From a virus, in IMG/VR virus record IMGVR_UViG_3300001683_000001, positions 1 through 64,000 of that record: a DNA stretch of 64,000 bases. The stretch is one strand, 5' to 3'. Below are positions 39,185 to 50,078 of the stretch, piece after piece (the stretch's first letter is position 1; each line of letters begins with the position of its first letter). Under the pieces are notes generated by a model that did no database searches, was not told where the DNA came from, and was given only the letters and a program-made list of their open reading frames with translations. The translations under genes and the position numbers were made by a program.

Positions 39185-41182
39185 ATGGCCGATGAGGAAG
39201 GTGATGGAATCGAGGTCATCCAATCCACCGATAGCGCAAGCAAGTTCTCGGTGGTGGTGACGGACAATGAAGTCGTTCTCATCTTCCTCTCGTCCACGAA
39301 AGGTCGCATGGACTTCTCGGTCGAGATTGACGGCACTCCACACGGCAAGGTCAATCTCCTTTCACAGCACAGCATCGCGCGGCTCGCGGGAGCCGTCGGC
39401 ATCAGCCCGAAGGTGAAGGATGAGTTCAAGACGACGATGCTCAAAGTCGGAGTAGTCCTTCGTGATGGAACCTACACACCCGCACCGGAATCACAGGCCG
39501 AGAACGAGATGGAATCCTTCATCGGGGAGGACTCGACATTAGGAGCAATCCAACCGAAGACGATTGATGAGTTCCTCGGCTCCAATCTCCTAATTGACCG
39601 CATCAACAAGATACTCCACCAATCCCGAACCAGCCCCTTCATCGGTGACGATGCGAACCTCATGCTGACCTTCTTCGTCATCGTATCGTGCAAGACCGCC
39701 AGCCCTCTCAATCTTGAGATGGTCGCGGTGTCGGCGGCGGGGAAGACCTACATGGTTCTCACCGCACGCAACGGAGTTCCCAAGTCTATGTGCATGGTGC
39801 TGGCTGGCGCGTCCCGCGAGGCTCTGAAATACGACTACGATGAAGTAGATGAGCAAGGGAACTTCATCATCAATGTGGATGGGAAGTGTATCATCATCTT
39901 GGAGAAGGATGAGTCGTCAGCATTCGTGCGGAAGATGAAGCCGTTGATGAGTGGTGACGACGATGAACTAATTTGGAAAACCCCGATGAAGAACGACCTC
40001 ACCGGCGAGATAGAAACGCGGGACTTCATCATCCGAGGCCAGCCCTCGTTCATCACCCTGACCACGCGCAATCCCCGCGAGCAAGAGCAGGTCACTCGAC
40101 AATTGCTGATGACTCCTGATACTACACAGGGCAAGGTGAAGGCTGTCGTCGGGAACTCCCTACTTGCGAAGGCTCGCCCCGAAGACTTCTCTGTCCACCC
40201 TGACCTGAAACTACTCCAAGCCTCGATGCTGTCGTTGGGGAAGTATCGAATCCGCAACATCTTCGCTCCCCTCATGGCTGAGTTCTTCCCCTCCAAAAGC
40301 GCGCAGCACCAGCGCGACATCAACAAGGTGCTGTCCATCATAGATTCCATCACTCTCATCCATCAGAAGCAACGCCCCATCGAGAGCGATGCTAATGGCG
40401 ACTTCCTCCTATCTTCGGTCGAGGACAATGTGATTGGATTGATGTTCGCTGACCTCGTTCTGAGAGCCAGCCTATCCGGTGTTCCTGACGACTCATGGAT
40501 GATATTCCAGCAGATGCAAGAGATGGTCGAAGCCAAGAAGTCGCTGACGATTGATGGGATGCTCCAATGGCTCCACATCAACGCCGTCAATGTGTCTAAG
40601 AACGGACTCAAGGAGAAGCATCTCCCAACGCTTGAGGACATTGGCTTAATCGAAGTGGCTCGTCGAGGTGGAGGTAGGGGTGGAGGACGCAAGACCTACC
40701 GAATCGTGAAGACGCGAGAGGCCATGTCCAGCAGGTATGCACTCGCGCCTCTATTCATTGAGGGTGTGCGTCGGGCGTTGCCTAACCTAATGGAAGATTT
40801 TGACGACATCCTCGCCCGGTGTGACCCTCCCAATACCGGAAGGAATCTTGCCTATGGAGAAGCCAAGATTCTGAAATCTCTCGGCTGTTCCAACAAGGAC
40901 CAATCGCGGGTCATGCGTGCGCTCGTTCTACCAAGCTATCTCAGACCTACGAACACCGATACGATGCTATGGGATGCTATGAAAGATGCCAAGTTCCGTG
41001 ACCTCTGCTTCTCCGGCAAATCATGGCTCGACGATGGTCTGACCGACGATGCGACTGAGGCATTGGCGAGTCGTAGAGAAATCGAGAGCGACATCCAAGA
41101 AGCGAGTCGTGATGAAAGTCTGAGTATTGATGCCGACCTGTGGGAGAACATCGCAGAGGCTCACTATTCCGATACCGAATAA
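39185..41182 (+). CDS. MCM-related AAA+ ATPase, putative replicative helicase, with C-terminal wHTH
   Basis: IGD...PLN...SAAGKT, FITLTT, LEDIGLIEV; first gene of the replication operon. Confidence 0.6.
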   Translation: MADEEGDGIEVIQSTDSASKFSVVVTDNEVVLIFLSSTKGRMDFSVEIDGTPHGKVNLLSQHSIARLAGAVGISPKVKDEFKTTMLKVGVVLRDGTYTPAPESQAENEMESFIGEDSTLGAIQPKTIDEFLGSNLLIDRINKILHQSRTSPFIGDDANLMLTFFVIVSCKTASPLNLEMVAVSAAGKTYMVLTARNGVPKSMCMVLAGASREALKYDYDEVDEQGNFIINVDGKCIIILEKDESSAFVRKMKPLMSGDDDELIWKTPMKNDLTGEIETRDFIIRGQPSFITLTTRNPREQEQVTRQLLMTPDTTQGKVKAVVGNSLLAKARPEDFSVHPDLKLLQASMLSLGKYRIRNIFAPLMAEFFPSKSAQHQRDINKVLSIIDSITLIHQKQRPIESDANGDFLLSSVEDNVIGLMFADLVLRASLSGVPDDSWMIFQQMQEMVEAKKSLTIDGMLQWLHINAVNVSKNGLKEKHLPTLEDIGLIEVARRGGGRGGGRKTYRIVKTREAMSSRYALAPLFIEGVRRALPNLMEDFDDILARCDPPNTGRNLAYGEAKILKSLGCSNKDQSRVMRALVLPSYLRPTNTDTMLWDAMKDAKFRDLCFSGKSWLDDGLTDDATEALASRREIESDIQEASRDESLSIDADLWENIAEAHYSDTE

Positions 41183-41228
41183 GCAAGCCCGCTTTGTTCA
41201 TAACGGTGGGAGTCTGTGGTCGATAGTC

Positions 41229-42476
<1,248 letters not shown>

Positions 42477-42478
42477 GC

Positions 42479-43366
42479 ATGGCGAAGAAGCGCAAGAATT
42501 ACGACGCGATAATCGAGTCCTGTGATACGGGAACTTCGATGGCGAATCAACCACCTCTCTATCACATCAAGTTCCAAGCGTTCTCAGGCGGGGGCAAGAC
42601 CCACCAATCTCTTGCGAACTTCAACCACTTCTGCAAGGGTAGGAAGCCTGAAGAATGTCTGATGACCGTCATTGATTGTGACTTGGAAGGACAGGCTTCG
42701 CTCATTCGTCGCACAGACATTCTCAGTCCTGAACTTAGACCCCGTTTATTCCGCAAGGTTTGTAGTAATCCCGATGAGGTGAATGAGGTCACGCTGGCCT
42801 TCATTGACCTGCATAGGAAGCATTACGAAAAATACCCTGAGGGAGTGCGTGTAATGATGTTCGACAACGAGGCCGCATACTACCTGTCGTGCCGTGACTT
42901 CTACGCACAGGAAGTGCATGGTCAATCGGAGGCTGACCTACTCCTGTCCCGACAGGCTCAAGCCATCTCTGAAGGCAAGAAGACCCTCCCTGCATTTGCG
43001 GAGGGACAGATGCACTCCTACAAAGTAATCAACAGAGTGTTCTACACGCCCTTCCAACGGCTCAAGATGGCCGCTGAGATGTTCCACTTCCACTTCTTCC
43101 TGACGACCCTGCTCAGGGAATACACCGAGAACTACGGACAGGCCAACGAGAAGAAGGTCGTCGCGTCTGCTGGTCGTGCCGATATGACCGACCCCCTATT
43201 TGAGTGGATTATTGAACTCGATGTCCAGCAGAGGACGAAGCGTGGTAATTTGCAGACGCGCTACCGCGCCATCACGCGCAAGAGCCGAAATTGTAAGCCA
43301 TTCCAAATGGTCAATCCCACTCCTGAGAAGTGGTGGAAGGCCGTCGAGGATAACACCTTCCGGTGA
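42479..43366 (+). CDS. Sak4/AAA_24-like RecA-fold ATPase
   Basis: SGGGKTH, VIDCD, MMFDN; lies between SSB and exonuclease. Confidence 0.6.
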   Translation: MAKKRKNYDAIIESCDTGTSMANQPPLYHIKFQAFSGGGKTHQSLANFNHFCKGRKPEECLMTVIDCDLEGQASLIRRTDILSPELRPRLFRKVCSNPDEVNEVTLAFIDLHRKHYEKYPEGVRVMMFDNEAAYYLSCRDFYAQEVHGQSEADLLLSRQAQAISEGKKTLPAFAEGQMHSYKVINRVFYTPFQRLKMAAEMFHFHFFLTTLLREYTENYGQANEKKVVASAGRADMTDPLFEWIIELDVQQRTKRGNLQTRYRAITRKSRNCKPFQMVNPTPEKWWKAVEDNTFR

Positions 43367-43371
43367 TGATG

Positions 43372-44571
43372 ATGAAGGTCCCATACTTGTCGGCTTCTCG
43401 ATTGAAACTTGCACAGGATTGCACCTTTGCCTACGCTGAGAAATACGGCTCAGGGTCGAAGGATGCTTTCACGGCTAAGATGGTCGGTGAGCATCGCAAC
43501 AATATGCAAGCGGCGAGGAACGGAACCAATCTCCATAACGCCCTTGAGGAATGGCGGCGACCCAACCCCAAGACGGGTAGAGTTCGTCGCCCCCTGTTCA
43601 AAAAACTCGTAGAACTCTACGACAAGGAGTGCGCTCGGAACGAGGTGGATTTCAATGTCTATGAAGACGGCAAAGAGATGCTCACACGATGGTTCGCCAA
43701 GCGAGGTGTGACCACCGTCAAGATTCTCGATGTGGAGCAATCGTTAGGCACTCACAGCGCACCCTTCATCCTCCCCCTCGGCACACCAATCTTCGGCTTC
43801 ATTGACCTCATTGTCGAGCATGACGATGGGACCATCGAACTGATTGACTACAAATCGCAGAGGAAGCCAATCAAGCAAGAGGAAGCAGACTCCGATATAC
43901 AGGCAGGTATCTATCTCGCTGTGGCGTCTGAGATATGGCCTGACCGACCTCTACGATTCACCTTCGACCTGCTCAGATACGGAACCATGACGACCGTGTG
44001 GAGTGACTCCAAAATCAAGTCGTTCAAGACATGGCTTCATGGTCAATACGAATGGCTATCCAATCTGACCGACCCTCAACCCACCATCGGGAACGGATGC
44101 AAGTGGTGTCCCTATGTCGAACTATGTCCAACAGCCCAAGACCTGATTCAGAATGGCTCTTGGGATTTGGTCGTGGGGGATGACCCTACGAGCCTCGATA
44201 GGGATGCGATGCTCTCGACCCTTGCCGCCGTCAAAGCGGCGAAGTCAATCCTCGACAAGAAGCAGAGAGAGATGACTCAGAACATCAAGGATGAGTGGTT
44301 CGACTCCTTCGCAAGTGGAGAGGTGATTACCACCGACAATTGGAAGGTGTCTTTCGATGATAGGAAGCGCACCGAGTTCATCCCTTCCGAGGTTCAACGC
44401 TTGGTCCCTCCGGGCGTCTTCGGGCAGATGGTGGGATTGACTAAGACCGCTGTTGAACGGGTGTTGCCGATACTCCCCGAAGATGTAGCGGAGCAGGTTC
44501 GTGCGAGCGCAATAGTGAAGCCCTACCGCGCTCTGACTATACAGCGTAGTAGCGATGCCGACACCCAATGA
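43372..44571 (+). CDS. PD-(D/E)xK RecB/Cas4-like exonuclease
   Basis: LSASR, GTNLH, GFIDL...IDYKS, QxxxY, CKWCPY...CP. Confidence 0.85.
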   Translation: MKVPYLSASRLKLAQDCTFAYAEKYGSGSKDAFTAKMVGEHRNNMQAARNGTNLHNALEEWRRPNPKTGRVRRPLFKKLVELYDKECARNEVDFNVYEDGKEMLTRWFAKRGVTTVKILDVEQSLGTHSAPFILPLGTPIFGFIDLIVEHDDGTIELIDYKSQRKPIKQEEADSDIQAGIYLAVASEIWPDRPLRFTFDLLRYGTMTTVWSDSKIKSFKTWLHGQYEWLSNLTDPQPTIGNGCKWCPYVELCPTAQDLIQNGSWDLVVGDDPTSLDRDAMLSTLAAVKAAKSILDKKQREMTQNIKDEWFDSFASGEVITTDNWKVSFDDRKRTEFIPSEVQRLVPPGVFGQMVGLTKTAVERVLPILPEDVAEQVRASAIVKPYRALTIQRSSDADTQ

Positions 44572-44947
44572 AGACTCTGAACAGGACTCATCTGAAGACT
44601 CTGAACAGGACTCATCGAAAGGGCCGCGTCGAGTGCCTTCATCGAAATACGGAACCCGCCGATTCGGACGCATGGGGAAGACCGACGGTCGGAATGTGAA
44701 GCGACTGTGGAAGGCCATGATTATTGCTGGTGCGGTGTTCCCAAATGGAGGGCCTCTGACGACGAGTCAGATAGTCGAACTACCCAACCAGCCATTTGAG
44801 ATTCACAGGCTCACCAACCACCTCGCAAAGAAGCCTCACCTGTTCATGTGCGCCGGGACTGAACGAGTAGCCGGACTCGATGGTCGAACTCGCTACCCGC
44901 AGAAGACATGGCTGGCCCATCCCGAAGCCTACGACGACACCTCCTGA
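44555..44947 (+). CDS. putative wHTH protein
   Basis: LTTSQI...RLTNHLAK; N-terminal 24-bp tandem duplication (EDSEQDSS x2). Confidence 0.5.
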   Translation: MPTPNEDSEQDSSEDSEQDSSKGPRRVPSSKYGTRRFGRMGKTDGRNVKRLWKAMIIAGAVFPNGGPLTTSQIVELPNQPFEIHRLTNHLAKKPHLFMCAGTERVAGLDGRTRYPQKTWLAHPEAYDDTS

Positions 44948-44970
44948 GGCCGATTCGGACGACGCTCGAC

Positions 44971-45103
44971 CTCGCGCGCCCTCGCGTGCGCGAGGCAAAC
45001 CTCGATTTCAGCCCAATTTCGCAAGTCCCTCACGCGCGCGCGCATGCGCTCACGCGAGGACCGGGCATGTTCCACAGAACATTTCCCCTGTTCGGGGGAA
45101 CAC
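44971..45103. repeat. bipartite element with two palindromes
   Basis: Copies at 45067 and 45088 (CTGTTCGGGGGAACAC). Confidence 0.9.
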
Positions 45104-45171
45104 GGACTTGAACCGGAGGCTGTTTTCGACTTCCCGTTTGATTCAAGACGGTGGGAGATTGCCGGGTGGTT

Positions 45172-46200
45172 ATGTGGTCCGAAACTTATCGTCCAAACAG
45201 CCTCGATGAAATCATTGGACAAGACCACATCATCCCCCGCCTCCGCTACATGGTCGAGCGACTACATCAGGAGGGTGATGATGGAGCGTTCCCACATCTG
45301 ATGTTCGCCGGTCAGGCTGGCGTGGGGAAGACCGCCACAGCCATCGCTCTGATGAAAGACCTATTCGGTGAGGATTGGAAGATGAACTTCATCGAACTCA
45401 ATGCGAGCGACTCTCGTAGCATCTCCGACATCCGCACGACAGTCAAGGACTTCTCTCGTCGAGGCGTCATTGGTTCATACACTTTCGATGGGAAGCAACA
45501 GGAGTTCCCCTTCAATGTCGTCTTCCTCGATGAGTGTGACCATCTCACCCCTGACGCACAGGCCGCGTTGAGGCGAATCATGGAGAGGTTCGCCAAGCAG
45601 ACTCGATTCATCCTCTCCTGTAATTATCCACACCGAATCATCGGACCCATCAAGGACAGGTGTGCCTTCGCTGACTCAAGGTTCCATCCTATCCCATCTA
45701 AGGCCATTTGCGAGGCTCTCAGGGCCGTTGCGGACCGTGAGGGCCTCGATATAACACCGGAGGCTCTGACGGTCTTAGGACACGCCTCTCGCGGCTCGAT
45801 GCGAAAGGCGTTGAATCTGCTATTCACAGCCACTCGCGTTCCGAGTCGAGTGGAGAAGGAGGATGTCCGTCTGATAGTCAATCAGATGAACCCCAAAAAG
45901 ATGCGGGAACTACTTGGCTTGGCGATAGAGGCGAACCGCCATCAGGACCCGATTGAGAATCAGCGGATTCACAGACGCATTGACTCGCTCATCGAGAGGT
46001 TCGGTGAGCGTGGTCTGAGTGGGGCTGAGATTCTCGACGAACTCTATCGCGTGGTAGCCGAGGACGAGGCTGTTCCACTCCCTCTCCGACGACGCATCTT
46101 GGAGAGCATGGGGGAGGCCCTCCATTACAGTTCAACATCACAGGACGACCTACTGTCTGTGAAGACCTTCATCAGACGAGTATGCACAGGAGGCGAGTAG
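45172..46200 (+). CDS. rfcS: replication factor C small subunit (clamp loader)
   Basis: WSETYRP, PHLMFAG..GVGKT, ELNASD, LDECD.LT.DAQ.ALRR. Confidence 0.92.
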   Translation: MWSETYRPNSLDEIIGQDHIIPRLRYMVERLHQEGDDGAFPHLMFAGQAGVGKTATAIALMKDLFGEDWKMNFIELNASDSRSISDIRTTVKDFSRRGVIGSYTFDGKQQEFPFNVVFLDECDHLTPDAQAALRRIMERFAKQTRFILSCNYPHRIIGPIKDRCAFADSRFHPIPSKAICEALRAVADREGLDITPEALTVLGHASRGSMRKALNLLFTATRVPSRVEKEDVRLIVNQMNPKKMRELLGLAIEANRHQDPIENQRIHRRIDSLIERFGERGLSGAEILDELYRVVAEDEAVPLPLRRRILESMGEALHYSSTSQDDLLSVKTFIRRVCTGGE

Positions 46201-46485
46201 ATGAAAAGCGACGAGATAGACAACGGCGACAACGAGGAAATCATGGAACTCATCAGAGGACGATTGGCGATAGGTATCGAACGGTATGGACATGGAGTCC
46301 GAGCCGAGGAAGACACTCGCCACTTCGGAACTGAGAAGGACACTTGGGTCGAGATGGCTCTTGAGGAAGTCCTCGACAATCTCATCTACATCACCGCTGA
46401 GATAATTCGCATCCAGCGTCGAGCAGAACGGATTAGAACCCCGACCGACGAGAACGACTCGGACATAATGGGTTTGGCTGATTGA
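46201..46485 (+). CDS. small MazG-like all-alpha NTP pyrophosphatase (tentative)
   Basis: R...G..RYG...W...ALEE..D...Y pattern. Confidence 0.4.
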   Translation: MKSDEIDNGDNEEIMELIRGRLAIGIERYGHGVRAEEDTRHFGTEKDTWVEMALEEVLDNLIYITAEIIRIQRRAERIRTPTDENDSDIMGLAD

Positions 46486-46582
46486 TGCGGGGGTAGAATA
46501 GACATGATTAGCCAGCCCAATCCGACCCAAATCTCTCTCGGTTCCACTTGACCGTTGCATGAAGTCGGATGGTGTCCATCCA

Positions 46583-46596
46583 TTCAAGACGGTGGG
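46583..46596 (+). promoter_or_regulatory. class-II promoter TTCAAGACGGTGGG (representative; also 4929, 5067, 5664, 21247, 22072, 34194, 35970, 39153, 41197, 45142, 51566, 52971, 61633)
   Basis: Fixed 30-32 nt spacing to the ATG of replication genes. Confidence 0.8.
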
Positions 46597-46613
46597 AGTT
46601 CCTCGTTGTTCGT

Positions 46614-49280
46614 ATGACGCGCGTCCCGTTCCTGATTGTGTCCATAGACTACACCGAGGACCCGACCTTCCTCACGCACCTGCGGGTGAAAGGACTCGAT
46701 GGTCAGAACCATGTTTTGACGGTCGAGAATTGTGTCCCTCGGTTTTGGACTGAGAAGAACCCGTCCAGCATTCCGAACCTCCCTCCGTTGGTGAAGTCAT
46801 GGAAGCCGTCCGGGTTGCGGAGCGTCACCGGCGCAGAACTGTTTGAGGTTCGTGTGGAGAACCTCTCAGACCGGCGTGAGATGAAGGAGTTCTTCTACCC
46901 CCATTACTCAGCAGATGTAGCATGGCGGTCGCTGGTCAGATGGATTTACGATTGGACCGCTGTGATTGATGTGGATGAGGCCGCACTCAAGGGTCCCAAC
47001 AATCTCCGTCCTCTGCACATCACACCGAGCGAAACTGACTACTCGGAGTTCACTCTCGATGTCCTGTGGTTCGACATCGAAACCGAGGATTCTCTCGACA
47101 TGAAGACCTCACCCAAGCGAGTCGTCAGCATCGCCATCTTGGACAGCGTGACGGGCATTCACGAAATCGGCACGACCTGTCCCACCAGCGAACGACAGGT
47201 GCAGAGATTCCTCGCATCTCAAGAGGCATTGGAGTCTATCGTAGAACACACGGCCCCTATCCCTCCCATCCCTACCGACAAGGTGGTTGTGAAGTCGTTC
47301 TCCTTCGATGACCCCGACACCAACGAGGCGGCTCTCCTATGGTGGTTCAAGGAGAGGGTCGAGGCATTGGACAGGGACCTACTTGGAGGACAGAACATCC
47401 TCGGCTACGACATCCCCTATCTCAAGAACAGGAGCCGGAGAATGCGACGGGAGATGAGTCGTCGCTACTACGATTCTGTGCCTGTCTTTCACCGGTTCCC
47501 GAATCTCGATTCGATTACTCGACGACCCTTATTCGATTCTAAGCGAGCGTATGCCGAGCAGGTGCGTGGGGAACTCACATCAGGTTCTCTCGTTTGGATG
47601 TCTGAGCAGGTGCTTGGCTATGGCAAGGTTCCGAGGACTCGCATCACCGAACTCATGGTGCGCGACCCCATGATGCTCGCCATCTACAACGCTTGGGATA
47701 ATGTCTGCGTTGCTCGGTGTATGGACGAACTGAATCTCATCCCATTCTACCTCGCCAAAGCCGCCTTCAACAGTTCCCTGATTCAGAACATCCACTCCAA
47801 CATGATGCTCATCGAGGACACGATGGGACACCTGCTGATGAGGCAGAACATGGTGATGCCTTCCCTCGATGTCGTGCGCGACCGGATGGAGGTCGCAGAG
47901 GTAGAGGGAGGCTTCGTCATGGAGAACCCAAGCGGGGTCTTTCTGAACGCCTTTGAACTCGACAACGCGACCGAATATCCGGCGCAGATAATCAACGGCA
48001 ATTTCTGTCCCTCTACCATCGTCAGTAAGGACGACTACCCCGACGGGTTCCCCTTCCCTGTGACCAGCACTCCATCAGGTCGCTACTACCGTCGTGACCG
48101 TGACGGAATCATCCCCGGAGTCCTGAGGACCCTGACGGCTCAACGCCGACAGACTCAGAGCGAGATGAGGAAGGCCCTCGCTGACGATGATGATGAGATG
48201 GCGAACATCCTCGACATGAAGCAGAGGGTGATGAAGGAATCGAGTAATTCGTTCTACGGCGTCATGGCGTCCGGTTCGACCGAGAAGACGAGGGGCCGAC
48301 CCTTCCGGCTCGTCAATCCCGCCATCGCCTCGGACATCACCGAAGGGGCGCGACTTCACAACGAGTGGAATCGGAAGAAAATCGAATCAACGATTCTACT
48401 GTTCTCAGCCGAAGGAATCGAGCCGAATGTTCCACAGAACATGCCCGACCTCGCGGGCGCGCACGCGAGGCTCGACGGATTTCCACTTGAGTTCCGAGTG
48501 ATTGGACAGGACACAGATTCGTGCAAGGTGTTCATCTCCAACCAGCCCGAAGCCGAGGAAGCGATTCGTCCATTCACCGAGTCCGACATCACATCTTCGG
48601 CCAACCTATTATGCCTCATACTGAACGGAACCTACGACGAGTTCGTGCAGACCACATACGGCATCGAACGCAACGAGATGTTGATGGTCAAGCCGGACGC
48701 ATACTACGAGAGATATTTCGCATGGGGAGTGAAGAAGCGATATGCCTATCGAGAGTTCAACGGCAAGGATGGATTCCGGGGAGTCGAGATACGCCGGTCG
48801 TCTGTTCCACAGGTAGTGAAGACAGCCCAACACCGAGTATTCAAATCAATCCTGAATGGATGCGACAAGCGGGAACTCAACGAGATTCTCAGGGACATCC
48901 ACGATACCATCCTCGATGTAGAGAAGACACCCAATATCCACTTCGGACAACCGTTCGGAATCAAGACGGCAGGGACCCAAGCACACAAAGCCGCGATGTG
49001 GTCGAACGACCATCTCGACACCGACTTCGACATAGGCGACAAGCCGACGCTGTATGTCGCCAAGTCTGCTTCGACATCCCTTCCCTCTAACCGAGTAGTC
49101 GCTATCGTGTTTGGGGAGGACCCGTCGTCGTTCGGAATCATGGTAGATAGAGAGAAGTCGTTCGCCAAACATTTCACGAACTCACAATCTTGGTCAGGCA
49201 TCCTCGGTGCATTCAACACCTCATGGGAATCTGCGCTTGCAGGTATGAGCCAATCCTCCCTCGTAGAGTGGTTCACATGA
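46614..49280 (+). CDS. polB: family B DNA polymerase
   Basis: FDIET, NILGYDIPYL, YNAWD, DNATEYP, KxxxNSFYG, DTDS, KKRY; start fixed by promoter 46583. Confidence 0.92.
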   Translation: MTRVPFLIVSIDYTEDPTFLTHLRVKGLDGQNHVLTVENCVPRFWTEKNPSSIPNLPPLVKSWKPSGLRSVTGAELFEVRVENLSDRREMKEFFYPHYSADVAWRSLVRWIYDWTAVIDVDEAALKGPNNLRPLHITPSETDYSEFTLDVLWFDIETEDSLDMKTSPKRVVSIAILDSVTGIHEIGTTCPTSERQVQRFLASQEALESIVEHTAPIPPIPTDKVVVKSFSFDDPDTNEAALLWWFKERVEALDRDLLGGQNILGYDIPYLKNRSRRMRREMSRRYYDSVPVFHRFPNLDSITRRPLFDSKRAYAEQVRGELTSGSLVWMSEQVLGYGKVPRTRITELMVRDPMMLAIYNAWDNVCVARCMDELNLIPFYLAKAAFNSSLIQNIHSNMMLIEDTMGHLLMRQNMVMPSLDVVRDRMEVAEVEGGFVMENPSGVFLNAFELDNATEYPAQIINGNFCPSTIVSKDDYPDGFPFPVTSTPSGRYYRRDRDGIIPGVLRTLTAQRRQTQSEMRKALADDDDEMANILDMKQRVMKESSNSFYGVMASGSTEKTRGRPFRLVNPAIASDITEGARLHNEWNRKKIESTILLFSAEGIEPNVPQNMPDLAGAHARLDGFPLEFRVIGQDTDSCKVFISNQPEAEEAIRPFTESDITSSANLLCLILNGTYDEFVQTTYGIERNEMLMVKPDAYYERYFAWGVKKRYAYREFNGKDGFRGVEIRRSSVPQVVKTAQHRVFKSILNGCDKRELNEILRDIHDTILDVEKTPNIHFGQPFGIKTAGTQAHKAAMWSNDHLDTDFDIGDKPTLYVAKSASTSLPSNRVVAIVFGEDPSSFGIMVDREKSFAKHFTNSQSWSGILGAFNTSWESALAGMSQSSLVEWFT
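48427..48470. repeat. complete bipartite element inside polB
   Basis: ATGTTCCACAGAACAT, 7 bp, CTCGCGGGCGCGCACGCGAG. Confidence 0.9.
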
Positions 49281-49411
49281 ACGGTGACGACATAGACGAT
49301 TGGTCGGATAAGCACATCGGCAGTTTGGGATTGATGAGGACGGTTATCGGGTTCGTCAATCTTATCATCGGGCTGGTCATCATGTCGAAACTATTCGGGT
49401 GGTTGGGATGA
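49277..49411 (+). CDS. 44-aa membrane peptide
   Basis: ATGA overlap with polB; hydrophobic C-terminus. Confidence 0.45.
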   Translation: MNGDDIDDWSDKHIGSLGLMRTVIGFVNLIIGLVIMSKLFGWLG

Positions 49412-49887
49412 ATCCCTCCACTCCCTCACGACGCACCCAAGTCTATCGCCTTCTTCGGAATGAGTGTGGCTTCACGCACCATCAGGCGCGCCATCTCATC
49501 ATGCGTCACTTGAGCAATCTCGGTGACTTCCGCAACATCTTCTACAAAGGACTCAAGGCTGACCGAGAGGTGTGGTTAGAGGCTGCTCAACCGATAGCAA
49601 GTTTGAGTCTGCGAGATGACGCGCTTGAGGCAGGGCGTTCCATCCTGAATCAATGCTGGCCTTCCTACCGCCTCACAGGGGCCACAGGACCGGGGCCTGA
49701 GATGCCTTTCACCTGTGCCTCCTTTGCGGCGAGGATGGTGAAAGAGATTCAGGGGTTCAACCCCACTCAGGGGCGAATCCTGTGGAGTCAGATTGAACTC
49801 ATCCTCAGGCGTGAAGAACGGGATGCAGAAGCCGCTTGGATAGACAGGATGATTCCGACCTATCTGAAAGTCAAGGGGGTGCTGTGA
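49408..49887 (+). CDS. hypothetical protein
   Basis: ATGA overlap. Confidence 0.5.
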   Translation: MNPSTPSRRTQVYRLLRNECGFTHHQARHLIMRHLSNLGDFRNIFYKGLKADREVWLEAAQPIASLSLRDDALEAGRSILNQCWPSYRLTGATGPGPEMPFTCASFAARMVKEIQGFNPTQGRILWSQIELILRREERDAEAAWIDRMIPTYLKVKGVL

Positions 49888-50078
49888 GTGTTCGTTGGAA
49901 CATCGGTGAAACCGGAGCAACACCACGATTCTCGCACTCCCTACGGGGCCTTTACGAATCTGAATATCTCAATTCCCTCAATGGGACCCTTCATAGGTGG
50001 GGCCGTAGTCGAGCGGAGTGCCGCGAGAGAGGCGGCAGAACCAAAACCGAATGAAAAACCAATAAGGAGAATGAAAAT

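Noticed and set aside
43372-44571. Cas4 as part of a CRISPR-Cas system
   Set aside because: No array or other cas genes; its context (SSB, Sak4-like ATPase) indicates a recombination exonuclease
48380-48500. Intein in PolB
   Set aside because: The insert is too short and lacks C/S...HN splice motifs
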